IMG/VR virus record: IMGVR_UViG_3300048848_000090
Span: 1 to 29,807 of that record
DNA length: 29,807 bases
DNA from: a virus
Lineage: Duplodnaviria; Caudoviricetes
Direction: 5' to 3' (one strand)
Below are positions 1-8,259 of this stretch, one piece after another. Numbering within the stretch: position 1 is the first letter of the stretch; the number at the start of each line of letters is the position of its first letter. A program made the translations under genes and the position numbers. A model generated the notes under the pieces. It had not been told where the DNA came from. It did no database searches and saw only the letters and a list, made by a program, of their open reading frames with translations.

Positions 1-962
1 ACGCGGTTTTCCTTCTTGCGTCGCCGGTTGCGCCGTTCGCCGGTCCAATAGGGGTAGGCGGCGTGCGCGATCGTCGACGGCGTCGAAAAGTAGGTTTTGC
101 GCCACTTCTTGTGTGTCGCCATGCCGCTGGCGACCTTGTTCAACTCTTCGAAGCTATGAACCCAGAAGAATTCGTCGAAGTAGAAGTTGCCGTGCCGCCC
201 CTGCGCGGTGCGGAAATTGGTGCCGAGGAAGTGTAGTTCGGCAGCGGCTTCCTCCACAGGGCGCAGATCACTGGTGATCAACATCGGGTCACCGCCAAGG
301 GCGACGCCGACCAGCTTGGCGAAGCTGACAATATAACTGCGGAACTGGTGCGCCTGCGCCTTCGACGCCGAAAGGAAGATTTGATTGCGGCCGGTCTCGA
401 TCGCGTCGATCAGCGCCTCAAACGCGAAATAGTAGGTCGCGCCGATCTGGCGTGATTTGAGGATCATCCGCGTGCGGAACGACAGCGCCGCGAACCACGC
501 CTCTTGATAGCCGTACAGTTGGTCGAGGAAGATCGCCTTCAGCTCGGCCGCCTGGTCGGCGGTGAAGTGGTTTTTCTTCGCTTTCGGCTTGCGCTCGCCG
601 GTATTGCGGTTCGCGACCTTCTCGTTGAGGTCGCCGGAATGGCCACCGGGCGCTTCATAGCGGCGCACCTTGGCCAGGCTCTCGACCTGCCGGCGCAGTG
701 CGTCCAGCTCGGTATAATCCGCGCCGGTCTTCTTATCCTTGCAGATCAGCACCATCAGGCGCGTCTCAAGACAGTCCTCCAGCTTGCGGATCGATGGCGC
801 GTCGTCCCACCGGTCACGCCGCGCCCAGCTCTTCACCGTGTCGTATTTGAGATCCAGCTCTTCGGAGATCTGCCCGAACGACCAGCCGCGCCAGAACAGG
901 CTGCGCGCGGCGTTGCGGCGGTCCTCCGGTGCGAGGGTCAGCGGATCGGCGAGGATCGACAT
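1..962 (-). CDS. gpP: Terminase ATPase (large) subunit, P2 gpP-like; 3' part lies outside the window
   Basis: Not in the ORF track; translated by hand from ATG at 962: MSILADPLTLAPEDRRNAARSLFWRGWSFGQISEELDLKYDTVKSWARRDRWDD. Further on it has ILKSRQIGATYYF (Walker A region) and FYFDEFFW (Walker B). Divergent from gpO as in P2. Confidence 0.95.
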   Translation of the reverse strand, partial: MSILADPLTLAPEDRRNAARSLFWRGWSFGQISEELDLKYDTVKSWARRDRWDDAPSIRKLEDCLETRLMVLICKDKKTGADYTELDALRRQVESLAKVRRYEAPGGHSGDLNEKVANRNTGERKPKAKKNHFTADQAAELKAIFLDQLYGYQEAWFAALSFRTRMILKSRQIGATYYFAFEALIDAIETGRNQIFLSASKAQAHQFRSYIVSFAKLVGVALGGDPMLITSDLRPVEEAAAELHFLGTNFRTAQGRHGNFYFDEFFWVHSFEELNKVASGMATHKKWRKTYFSTPSTIAHAAYPYWTGERRNRRRKKENR

Positions 963-1006
963 GGTGGGCGGACCTTGCCGCGCCCGCCCGTCGCCCGCCC
1001 CCTGCG

Positions 1007-1035
1007 GCTCTTGTAGAATTGCATTCTACAAGAGC
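1007..1035. promoter_or_regulatory. 29-bp palindrome, probable late-activator (Ogr-type) site, copy 1, between gpP and gpO
   Basis: GCTCTTGTAGAAT-TGC-ATTCTACAAGAGC with 13-bp perfect arms; centre is 59 nt from the gpP ATG. Confidence 0.8.
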
Positions 1036-1128
1036 ACGCCATTGAGGATGCCCCGGTCTTCGTCCCTGTTCGATCTCGCTTAACGGGCGCTTGGCGCGCC
1101 GCAATCGAGAGACCGAGGACCAGCCGCC

Positions 1129-1944
1129 ATGGGCACCAAGAGCAAGTTCTTCCGCGCATTCGTCGAGGGCCAGACGATCAGCGACGGCCGCGAAGTCACC
1201 GCGGACATGATCGACAACGTCGTCGCCACCTTCAACGTCGAGACCTATGCACCGCAGTGCAATCTCGAACACATCAGCGGCTATAGCCCCGAGCCACCTT
1301 TCAACAACCATGGCACGGTCGTCGCGGTCAAGTCGCAGGTTGACGACATCGTCATCGCCGGCAACGCCGAGAAGCGCAAGGCGCTCTACGTCCAGGTCGA
1401 AGCGAGCGACGACCTGGTCGACCTCGCCAAGCGCGAGCAGAAGCCGTTCCCCTCGGTCGAGCTGACCCCCAACTACGCCGGCAGCGGCAAGGACGGCCTG
1501 ATCGGCCTCGCCTTCACCGACACGCCCGCGTCGATCGCCACCCAGCGCCTCAATTTCTCGCGCGTGAACGGCAACCTGGTCTTCACGTCCACCGAGCGCG
1601 CCGCACTGGCGTTCGACGCGAAGTCGGCCGACGCCACCACCCTCGGCGAGGCGATTGCCGCCGGCATCGCCAAGGCCCTCGGCCCGCTGTTCAAGCGCAG
1701 CGAGCCGGAAAAGCCGAAGGACGAACCCAGGCAGCAGCCGGCGAACGACAACATCGACATTGCGGCGTTTTCGACCGCGATCGGCAGCCAGATCGCCGCG
1801 GCAATGCAGCCGCTCGCCGCTGCCCAGACCAGCTTCCAGACGGAACTGGCGACGCTCAAGACCCAGCTGTCGAACACGGAACAGCCGCGATTCAATCGCC
1901 AGCCGTCGACGGGTGGCGGCGACGAGATCGTCACCGACTGCTGA
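1129..1944 (+). CDS. gpO: Capsid scaffolding protein/protease, P2 gpO-like
   Basis: SKFFRAFVEGQTISDGR N-terminus, NLEH motif, GLAFTDTPAS, C-terminal VTDC; GAGGA RBS. Confidence 0.95.
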   Translation: MGTKSKFFRAFVEGQTISDGREVTADMIDNVVATFNVETYAPQCNLEHISGYSPEPPFNNHGTVVAVKSQVDDIVIAGNAEKRKALYVQVEASDDLVDLAKREQKPFPSVELTPNYAGSGKDGLIGLAFTDTPASIATQRLNFSRVNGNLVFTSTERAALAFDAKSADATTLGEAIAAGIAKALGPLFKRSEPEKPKDEPRQQPANDNIDIAAFSTAIGSQIAAAMQPLAAAQTSFQTELATLKTQLSNTEQPRFNRQPSTGGGDEIVTDC

Positions 1945-1992
1945 CCCGCAGCCCCACCCCCCCGAACGCCCGCCGCCACAGGAACCGCCCCG

Positions 1993-3093
1993 ATGCTCAA
2001 CGCAACCCGCACCAAGTATGACGCCTACACTCAGCAGATCGGCAAGCTCAACAACGTCGCCGACCCCAGCCGCTCGTTCGAGGTGCTGCCGGCCGTCGCG
2101 CAGACCTTGCGCGCCAAGCTGAAGGCGTCGAGCGACTTCCTGTCGAAGATCAACATCATCCCCGTCGTGGCGCAGGAGGGCGACAAGGTCGGCGTCGGCG
2201 TGAAGGGTACGATCGCCAGCCGCACCGATACGCGCACCAAGGATCGCGAGCCGCGCTACCCCGGCGATCTCGACGAGACGCGTTACCGCTGCGAAAAGAC
2301 CGACTTCGACACGCTCATCCGCTACGAGACGCTCGACGCCTGGGCGCACCAGCCGAACTTCCAGGTGCTGCTGCGGGACGCGATCGTCAGTGCCAAGGCG
2401 ACCGACATCATCACGATCGGCTTCAACGGCGTAAAGGTCGCCAAGGATACCGACCCGGTCGAATATCCGCTGCTCCAGGACGTCAACAAGGGCTGGCTCC
2501 AGCATATCCGTGAGGACGCGCCCGAGCGCCACGCCGCGGGCGGTGCGCTGAAGGAAGAGGTCCGCGCCGCAGGTGGCGTCGTCACCACCGCGGGCGCGAT
2601 CTACGTCGGTGCCGGTGTCGTGGTCGATGCGAGCCAGACGAACCTCGACGACGCCGAGGTCGACTACGTCAACATCGACGCGCTGGTGTTCGCCGGCATC
2701 GAGCTGCTGCACGAAAATTATCGCGAGGACACCGACCTGGTCGCGATCGTCGGCCGCGAGCTGGTCAACGACAAGTATTTTTCCATCGTCAACGCGTCGG
2801 GCGACAAGGCGACGGAACAGCTCGCACGCGACGTGCTGCTCTCCGACAAGAAGATCGGCGGGCTTACTGCGGTGCGCGTGCCGAAGTTTCCGAAGAACGC
2901 CATCCTCATCACCACGCTCGCGAACCTGTCGGTCTATGAACAGATCGGCACCGAGCGCCGCAAGATCGAGGATAACGCCAAGCGCGACCAGATCGAGAAC
3001 TACGAGAGCGTGAACCATGCGTATGTCGTTGAGGACATGGGCAAGGCCGCGCTGATCGAGAATATCGTCATGGGCAAGAAGCCGGCGGCCTGA
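1993..3093 (+). CDS. gpN: Major capsid protein, P2 gpN-like
   Basis: IASRTDT, LDAWA, IGFNG, YPLLQDVNKGWLQ and YESVNHAYVVED motifs. Confidence 0.97.
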   Translation: MLNATRTKYDAYTQQIGKLNNVADPSRSFEVLPAVAQTLRAKLKASSDFLSKINIIPVVAQEGDKVGVGVKGTIASRTDTRTKDREPRYPGDLDETRYRCEKTDFDTLIRYETLDAWAHQPNFQVLLRDAIVSAKATDIITIGFNGVKVAKDTDPVEYPLLQDVNKGWLQHIREDAPERHAAGGALKEEVRAAGGVVTTAGAIYVGAGVVVDASQTNLDDAEVDYVNIDALVFAGIELLHENYREDTDLVAIVGRELVNDKYFSIVNASGDKATEQLARDVLLSDKKIGGLTAVRVPKFPKNAILITTLANLSVYEQIGTERRKIEDNAKRDQIENYESVNHAYVVEDMGKAALIENIVMGKKPAA

Positions 3094-3146
3094 CGGTCGC
3101 CGCTGCCGCCCTTCACCCCGTTCCCGCCCCCGGATCAGGACACGCC

Positions 3147-4007
3147 ATGAGCTTCGCTCGCCGCCAGGAGAAAATCCTAGTCATGAAAGCGGCGTCTGCT
3201 CCTGCATCCGGGGGCGGGCGCACCCGCACCGTTGCGACCGCTTCGCCCGTCGCGGCGGTGTCGTCGCCCGTTCCCGCCGGCAACACGCCGGCTGCTCGCG
3301 CCGCAGCGACGATCTCCATGCGGCTGCGCCACGACATCCAGCGCCTCAAGCAGATCAAGTCGATCGACCGCAAGATCGCGGCGAAACGCGAGATGCTGCC
3401 CGAGTATCAGGCCTGGTGCGATGGCCTGCTCGATGCCGGTCGCCGCGCGGAAACGCGTGAGCTGGAGCCGACCGGTGCCGACGACGTGTTGCCCACCATC
3501 ATGGTCTGGTGCCTCGACGTCGGCGACTGGACGCGGGCGCTCATGCTGGCGAGCTTCGTGCTGCGCTTCTCCATCCCCATGCCGAAGCGCTACGAACGCG
3601 ATGCCGCGACGCTGGTGCTGGAGCTGGTCGCGGATGCCGCGCTGAAAGCCCAGGCGCGCGGCGACGCTTTCCCTCTCTATGTCCTCGAAGCGGTCGAGCT
3701 GCTGACCGAGGGCATCGATATGCACGATCAACCCCGCGCCAAGCTGTTGAAGGCGATCGGTGCTGAGCTGGTGCGTGCGGCCGGCATGTCGACCGGTGAC
3801 GCGGTCGTATCGACGATCGACCGCGCCGCAGCGGTGCTGACCAAGGCGCAGGACCTGCACGATCGCGTCGGCGTGAAGACGATGCTGCGCGGCCTCGATC
3901 GGGCGCGCGCCGCGGCGATCAAGGGCGCGGCGGAGCAAGCCGACACCGCGACGACACCTGTTCCCGGAACCGGGAACAGCAACGACGAACCGAACGAAGA
4001 GAATTGA
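3147..4007 (+). CDS. gpM: Terminase small (endonuclease) subunit, P2 gpM-like
   Basis: KREMLPEY, DDVLPTIMVWCLDVGD, DMHDQPRAKLLKAIG and RVGVK motifs; follows gpN. Confidence 0.92.
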   Translation: MSFARRQEKILVMKAASAPASGGGRTRTVATASPVAAVSSPVPAGNTPAARAAATISMRLRHDIQRLKQIKSIDRKIAAKREMLPEYQAWCDGLLDAGRRAETRELEPTGADDVLPTIMVWCLDVGDWTRALMLASFVLRFSIPMPKRYERDAATLVLELVADAALKAQARGDAFPLYVLEAVELLTEGIDMHDQPRAKLLKAIGAELVRAAGMSTGDAVVSTIDRAAAVLTKAQDLHDRVGVKTMLRGLDRARAAAIKGAAEQADTATTPVPGTGNSNDEPNEEN

Positions 4008-4013
4008 CCAGCT

Positions 4014-4113
4014 CGCCCCCGGCGCTCGGGGGCGGATCGCGCGAGGCGGGAGACCTTCGGGTCGCAGGGCCGCTGTTCGACCCGGTCCTCACCCCCGTGA
4101 ACTACCAGGACCG
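4014..4113 (+). promoter_or_regulatory. Structured intergenic RNA after gpM with mutually exclusive stems, one covering the downstream RBS
   Basis: CGCCCCCG/CGGGGGCG stem at 4014-4034; GACC-TTCG-GGTC tetraloop at 4052-4063; CGGTCCT (4083-4089) is complementary to AGGACCG (4107-4113). Confidence 0.5.
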
Positions 4114-4116
4114 CTC

Positions 4117-4338
4117 ATGATCGCAACCCCACTTTCGGCGCTCGCCTTCCTCGCCTGCCTTGCAAGTTTGGGGATCGGCGTTGCGGCGACGTTGGTAGGC
4201 GCGGTCGTGGCGGTCCTCGCGGATCCGGGCGAGCAGCCGTTCGTGATCTCGCCGCAGGTCGGCGGTGTCATGTCAGCGCTGCTCGGCCTGCTCGTCTTCC
4301 TTGCTTCCCCGACGCTGCTGGCCCGGTCGCTGGTATGA
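4117..4338 (+). CDS. Small two-TM membrane protein inserted between gpM and gpL
   Basis: AGGA RBS, two hydrophobic stretches, ATGA overlap with gpL. Confidence 0.65.
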   Translation: MIATPLSALAFLACLASLGIGVAATLVGAVVAVLADPGEQPFVISPQVGGVMSALLGLLVFLASPTLLARSLV

Positions 4339-4811
4339 GCGACTTCATCGCCAATGTGCTGCCCGACGCCGCGGATCCCGCGCCGGCACTGATCATCAAC
4401 GACGGCTGGTTTCCCGACATCGATCCCGCGATGTTCAAGGATCAGCAGCGCATCCGCGATAGCGTCACCCCGGCCCGCATGCGCGAGGCGCTGATCGCAG
4501 CCATCCTGACCGTGCGGCGTGACCTGAAGGCGTGGGCGGCCGGTCACCGGGCGGCAGGCGCTGCCAAGCTGGAGGCGGTCGAGGCCGAACGCATCGACAA
4601 TACCAGCGAACTGGTGCTGCTCTATCGCCGGGCGGTGTTCACCGCCGCCAAGGCGGAGCTGGTCGAACGCTACCGCGACATCGACACGACCGGTGCCGGA
4701 CAGCGCAAGGCCGATGACCTCGACCCCAGCGTAACCGAGCTTCGCCGCGATTCACTGCACGCGATCCGCGACATGCTCGGCGTCGGCCGCACCACTATCG
4801 AGCTGATTTGA
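4335..4811 (+). CDS. gpL: Head completion/stabilization protein, P2 gpL-like
   Basis: IINDGWFPDID, LYRRAVF, ERYRDIDTTG, AIRDMLG and TIELI motifs. Confidence 0.93.
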   Translation: MSDFIANVLPDAADPAPALIINDGWFPDIDPAMFKDQQRIRDSVTPARMREALIAAILTVRRDLKAWAAGHRAAGAAKLEAVEAERIDNTSELVLLYRRAVFTAAKAELVERYRDIDTTGAGQRKADDLDPSVTELRRDSLHAIRDMLGVGRTTIELI

Positions 4812-5038
4812 TGCCAGGCCTGCTCGATACGCTCACCGCCCGCCAGGGCGACACGCTGGACGCGCTGATCTGGCGCGAGCGGGGTCTCGGCACCGCCGAT
4901 CTTCCCGCCGTCCTCGCCGCTAATCCAGGTCTCGCTGCCTTGGGTGCGCTCCTGCCCAAGGGAACGACGGTCAACCTTCCCGCCATCGCCACGCCGGCAA
5001 CCGCCGTCCGCACCGATGTCGTCAACCTGTGGGACTGA
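4811..5038 (+). CDS. gpX: Tail protein X (LysM-like), P2 gpX-like
   Basis: ARQGDTLDALIWR, VLAANPGLA, LPKGTTVNLP, VNLWD; TGATG coupling to gpL. Confidence 0.93.
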   Translation: MPGLLDTLTARQGDTLDALIWRERGLGTADLPAVLAANPGLAALGALLPKGTTVNLPAIATPATAVRTDVVNLWD

Positions 5039-5040
5039 CG

Positions 5041-5394
5041 ATGCCCAAGATCCTCCACGACTTCCTTGAGGCGGCTATCGCGTTGTTCATGTCGCTGCTG
5101 CCGGCCGGCCTCGGGTCGATCGTCAGCATGCTTTACGACATGCCGGCGACGTGGCCGAAACGGCTCTCGCAGTTCTGTATCGGTGCGGTCGTCAGCTACT
5201 TCGTGCAGCGCGCGGTCGGCGCGGTCTACCCGCTGCACCCCTTCGTGTTGCAGGCCCTGGGCTTCTGGATCGGCATGATCGCCTTCAAGGCCGCGCCCAG
5301 CTTCATCACCGGCTGCGCAACCGCGGCGGGCGAGCTTCCCACCATCCTGCGCGACCGCCTGATCGCCTTCCTGCCCACCAAGGAGAAGAAGTGA
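5041..5394 (+). CDS. Putative holin
   Basis: About three hydrophobic segments and a basic C-terminus (KEKK); lies between gpX and the endolysin. Confidence 0.75.
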   Translation: MPKILHDFLEAAIALFMSLLPAGLGSIVSMLYDMPATWPKRLSQFCIGAVVSYFVQRAVGAVYPLHPFVLQALGFWIGMIAFKAAPSFITGCATAAGELPTILRDRLIAFLPTKEKK

Positions 5395-5912
5395 TGCCGA
5401 ATGCATCCGCCCCAGCGCCCACACCAGTGGCGAAGCGCAAGACGCTGGTCGCCGTTGTCGGAGCAGCAGCCGCACTCATTATCACACCGTTCGTTTCCGG
5501 CTGGGAATCGGGCGGTAAGCCGCGCCTGGTCGCGTACCGCGACATCGTCGGCATCCCGACGATCTGCGATGGCGAGACCGCTGGCGTGAAGATGGGCATG
5601 GTCGAGACGGCCGAGGGCTGCGCCGCGCGCAACGAAGCCGCGCTGATCCGCCACGCCGAACCCGTTCTGGCCTGCACCCCGATCCTACGCAACCGTCCCT
5701 ACGCGCTCTCGGCTGCCGTCAGCCTGGCGTACAATATCGGCACGGCCGGATACTGTCGATCGACGGTCGCCGTTCGCTTCAACCGTCGCGATCTTCGCGG
5801 CGCATGCGATGCGTTCCTGATGTGGAACAAGGCGGGCGGCAAGGTCGTGAATGGCCTCGACCGTCGTCGCCGGGCGGAGCGTGATCTGTGCCTGAAGGAA
5901 CTGCCCCGATGA
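5394..5912 (+). CDS. Endolysin, GH24 lysozyme with probable N-terminal SAR/signal anchor
   Basis: WE...AYRDIVGIPTICDGET catalytic region, YNIG, CDAFLMWNKAGG, GLDRRRRAERDLC; weakly hydrophobic Ala-rich N-terminus. Start placed at ATG 5394, which overlaps the holin stop. Confidence 0.93.
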   Translation: MPNASAPAPTPVAKRKTLVAVVGAAAALIITPFVSGWESGGKPRLVAYRDIVGIPTICDGETAGVKMGMVETAEGCAARNEAALIRHAEPVLACTPILRNRPYALSAAVSLAYNIGTAGYCRSTVAVRFNRRDLRGACDAFLMWNKAGGKVVNGLDRRRRAERDLCLKELPR

Positions 5913-6388
5913 TCCGCCGCCTGCTGTCGCCGCTGCTTGCCCAGGTCAAAGTGCATGCAGCCTTCCTCGTCCTGCTCGCCGTCGCGGGAGCGGGATGCTG
6001 GCTCTACGTCAAATTTCAACAGGTCCGCGTCGATCGCGACGATGCCATCCATCGGGCGGAGATCGTCTGCGCGCGATCGGGCGTTGAATGGGGAGCAGTG
6101 GACAAGGCCGGGCGCGGCGCATCGTGCGCCCGGCACGTCGCCGACCTCGTCGCCTTCCGCGCCGGTGCCGACCGTCAAACGGCGCAGCTCTTCGCCAAGG
6201 CGATGGCCGAGGCCAGCGCCCGCACCCTCAAGGACAACCAGGCCGCGCGCCTTGCGGCCGAAGCCGCCAGCGCCGCGGCCATTCGCATGGAGACCGCAGA
6301 TGCAGAAGCCGAACGCCGCAACCTTGTCGATCGTGAGTGGCTTGCTGCTGTCAACGGCGTTGCCGGGTTGCGCCCGCCCGGCCGCTGA
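5909..6388 (+). CDS. Inner-membrane spanin (Rz/LysB-like)
   Basis: N-terminal TM segment followed by an Ala-rich helical region; follows the endolysin with an ATGA overlap. Confidence 0.75.
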   Translation: MIRRLLSPLLAQVKVHAAFLVLLAVAGAGCWLYVKFQQVRVDRDDAIHRAEIVCARSGVEWGAVDKAGRGASCARHVADLVAFRAGADRQTAQLFAKAMAEASARTLKDNQAARLAAEAASAAAIRMETADAEAERRNLVDREWLAAVNGVAGLRPPGR

Positions 6389-6638
6389 TCGGCCGAAGGT
6401 CGAGGTGCCGGTTGCGGTCGCGATCGAGCCGCCGCGACCGCCGGCCGACCTGCTGACGTGCGCCGATCGCCCGGCCGGCCTGCCCGAGGACGCCTCGCTG
6501 ATCGCGCAGATCCCCACCGCGATCCGCGCCGGCATCATCCGGATGGCGCGAGCGTTTCGCGCTAACGCGGACGGCAAGGATCGCCTGGTCAACTGGCTGA
6601 CGCCGAACGCCTGTCCCTCGCCGAAGGTCGCGCCGTGA
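6300..6638 (+). CDS. Outer-membrane lipoprotein spanin (Rz1/LysC-like), overlapping the i-spanin 3' end
   Basis: GGAG RBS at 6289-6292; MQKPNAATLSIVSGLLLSTALPGC lipobox; Pro-rich PPRPPADLLTC; different frame from the i-spanin. Confidence 0.8.
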   Translation: MQKPNAATLSIVSGLLLSTALPGCARPAADRPKVEVPVAVAIEPPRPPADLLTCADRPAGLPEDASLIAQIPTAIRAGIIRMARAFRANADGKDRLVNWLTPNACPSPKVAP

Positions 6639-7102
6639 AGAAGGCCGACGACCTGAAGAAGCTGCTGCTGAAGTCGGTGGCCTCGCTGGCGCAAAGCCCC
6701 GAAAACCTGACCTTGTTCGTCGATCGCGGCAGCATCGCCTGCCGCGCCGGGTCGTTGTCGTTCGAGTATCGCTATACGCTCAACATCGTGGTGCAGGATC
6801 ACGCCGGCAGCGTCGACACGCTGATCGTGCCCATCCTCGGCTGGATCGCCGACAACCAGCCCGAACTGCTACAAAAGGCGGACAGCCAACCATTCAGCTT
6901 TGAAAGCGAGATCCTCGACGCCGATCTGTCCGACGTCTCGATCGATATCGCTCTGACGGAGCGGGTCCGCATTACGCCCGGTGAGGACGCGCACGGCAAG
7001 CCGGGAGTCCACGCCACCCATCTGGACGACACGCTGCCTCACGACGCCTTTCCGGGCGTTTGCCGGGTCAATATGATCACGGGCACGGTCGACGCCGCAT
7101 GA
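6635..7102 (+). CDS. gpR: Tail completion protein, P2 gpR-like
   Basis: LSFEYRYTLN, WIADNQPELL and DIALTERV motifs. Confidence 0.92.
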   Translation: MKKADDLKKLLLKSVASLAQSPENLTLFVDRGSIACRAGSLSFEYRYTLNIVVQDHAGSVDTLIVPILGWIADNQPELLQKADSQPFSFESEILDADLSDVSIDIALTERVRITPGEDAHGKPGVHATHLDDTLPHDAFPGVCRVNMITGTVDAA

Positions 7103-7764
7103 CGGACGACTTCGCACCGATCGAACGGCTCGCCGGGGATCTGTTGCTCCAGCTCGCGCCAGGCGAGAAACGCAGCCTGTTGCGCAAGATGGCCCGCGCG
7201 ATCCGCGATCGGCAGTCACAACGCATCGGCCAGCAGCAGAACCCCGATGGCAGCGCCTTCGCCAAGCGCCGCGAGAAACGCGAGCTGAAGCCCGGCGCGT
7301 TCGCCGTGCGGTTCCTCTACCCCAAGGGGGCGGCCGAACCGCGCGTCGTCTTCATGAAGAGCTGGGTGCGGCAAGGGCCGCTGATGACGGGCTTCGACGC
7401 CGAGGCCGGCGCGATCCGGTCGTTTTTCTACGACAAGGTCGCGCAATGGCTGCCTGTCGACGCGGCCGAGCAGAACGCGGGTGCCGGCAAGCTGCGCCGA
7501 CGTGGCGGCATCCGTCGCCAGGCGATGTTCCGCAAGCTGCGCGGTGCGCGCTTCCTCCGCGGTGATGCCACCGCGACCGAGGCATGGATCGGTTTCACCG
7601 GCCGCGCTGGCGAGCTGGCTCGCATCCACCAGGAAGGCCGGATGGACAGCGTCACCAAGGGCGGTCGCCAAATCCGCTACGCGGCGCGCGGGCTGCTCGG
7701 TCTAACAGAGGGCGAACGCGGCCTCGCAATCGATATGCTGCTGGAACACGTCATTGCTCGGTGA
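7099..7764 (+). CDS. gpS: Tail completion/virion morphogenesis protein, P2 gpS-like, with an internal insertion of about 70 aa
   Basis: QRIGQQQNPDGS, MFRKLR, ARIHQEG and YAARGLLG motifs; ATG 7099 overlaps the gpR stop. Confidence 0.9.
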   Translation: MTDDFAPIERLAGDLLLQLAPGEKRSLLRKMARAIRDRQSQRIGQQQNPDGSAFAKRREKRELKPGAFAVRFLYPKGAAEPRVVFMKSWVRQGPLMTGFDAEAGAIRSFFYDKVAQWLPVDAAEQNAGAGKLRRRGGIRRQAMFRKLRGARFLRGDATATEAWIGFTGRAGELARIHQEGRMDSVTKGGRQIRYAARGLLGLTEGERGLAIDMLLEHVIAR

Positions 7765-7796
7765 CCGGGAACGCTCAACAGCGGAATGTTGGTGGC

Positions 7797-8057
7797 CTAT
7801 AAGCCGCCAGCTTTGCTCTTGGAGGCGAGGGGGCTGGCATATGCTGACAAATGCACGACGTAGAGTATCATTCCCGTTTCGTCTGTCACATCAACCTGCC
7901 AATCCTGATCAACCCAAAGCGCTGTAGCGTGGTCCCGAAGTAGTTCGCTTACAAATCGCGCTACCTCTATCCGAAGATCTTCAACGCTTTCGCGTTTGAC
8001 CTCGGTCATGTCAGCAATGTGAGATGAAGTTCGTAAGTTGATGTTGTAGTATGGCAT
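7797..8057 (-). CDS. Small low-GC moron protein resembling the alphaproteobacterial DUF6894 family
   Basis: GAGGGGG RBS; MPYYNINL...DWQVDVTDETG pattern; opposite strand to the tail operon; visibly AT-richer. Confidence 0.7.
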   Translation of the reverse strand: MPYYNINLRTSSHIADMTEVKRESVEDLRIEVARFVSELLRDHATALWVDQDWQVDVTDETGMILYVVHLSAYASPLASKSKAGGL

Positions 8058-8185
8058 TTTGCCCCCTCTACGTCACGCGACGCTAGCGAATCGAAGTCGC
8101 GCGGTCTTTGATCCACGTTACTCGGCATCTTTCGAGGTGAACGTCCGGCTTCCATCCAAATTAGACGTTGATGGGCGGCGCTGCT

Positions 8186-8214
8186 GCTCTTGTAGAATGC
8201 GTTTCTACAAGAGC
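8186..8214. promoter_or_regulatory. 29-bp palindrome, probable late-activator site, copy 2, upstream of gpJ
   Basis: GCTCTTGTAGAA-TGCGT-TTCTACAAGAGC; centre is 60 nt from ATG 8260. Confidence 0.8.
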
Positions 8215-8259
8215 GGGGGATAGCCAGCCCCGCGCGCGCCCGACGACATGGCCAGCATC

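Noticed and set aside
8060-8125. FixK/FNR-like half-site (TTGAT) and an EcfG-like promoter upstream of the small moron
   Set aside because: Only partial matches to the consensus; not supportable from sequence alone
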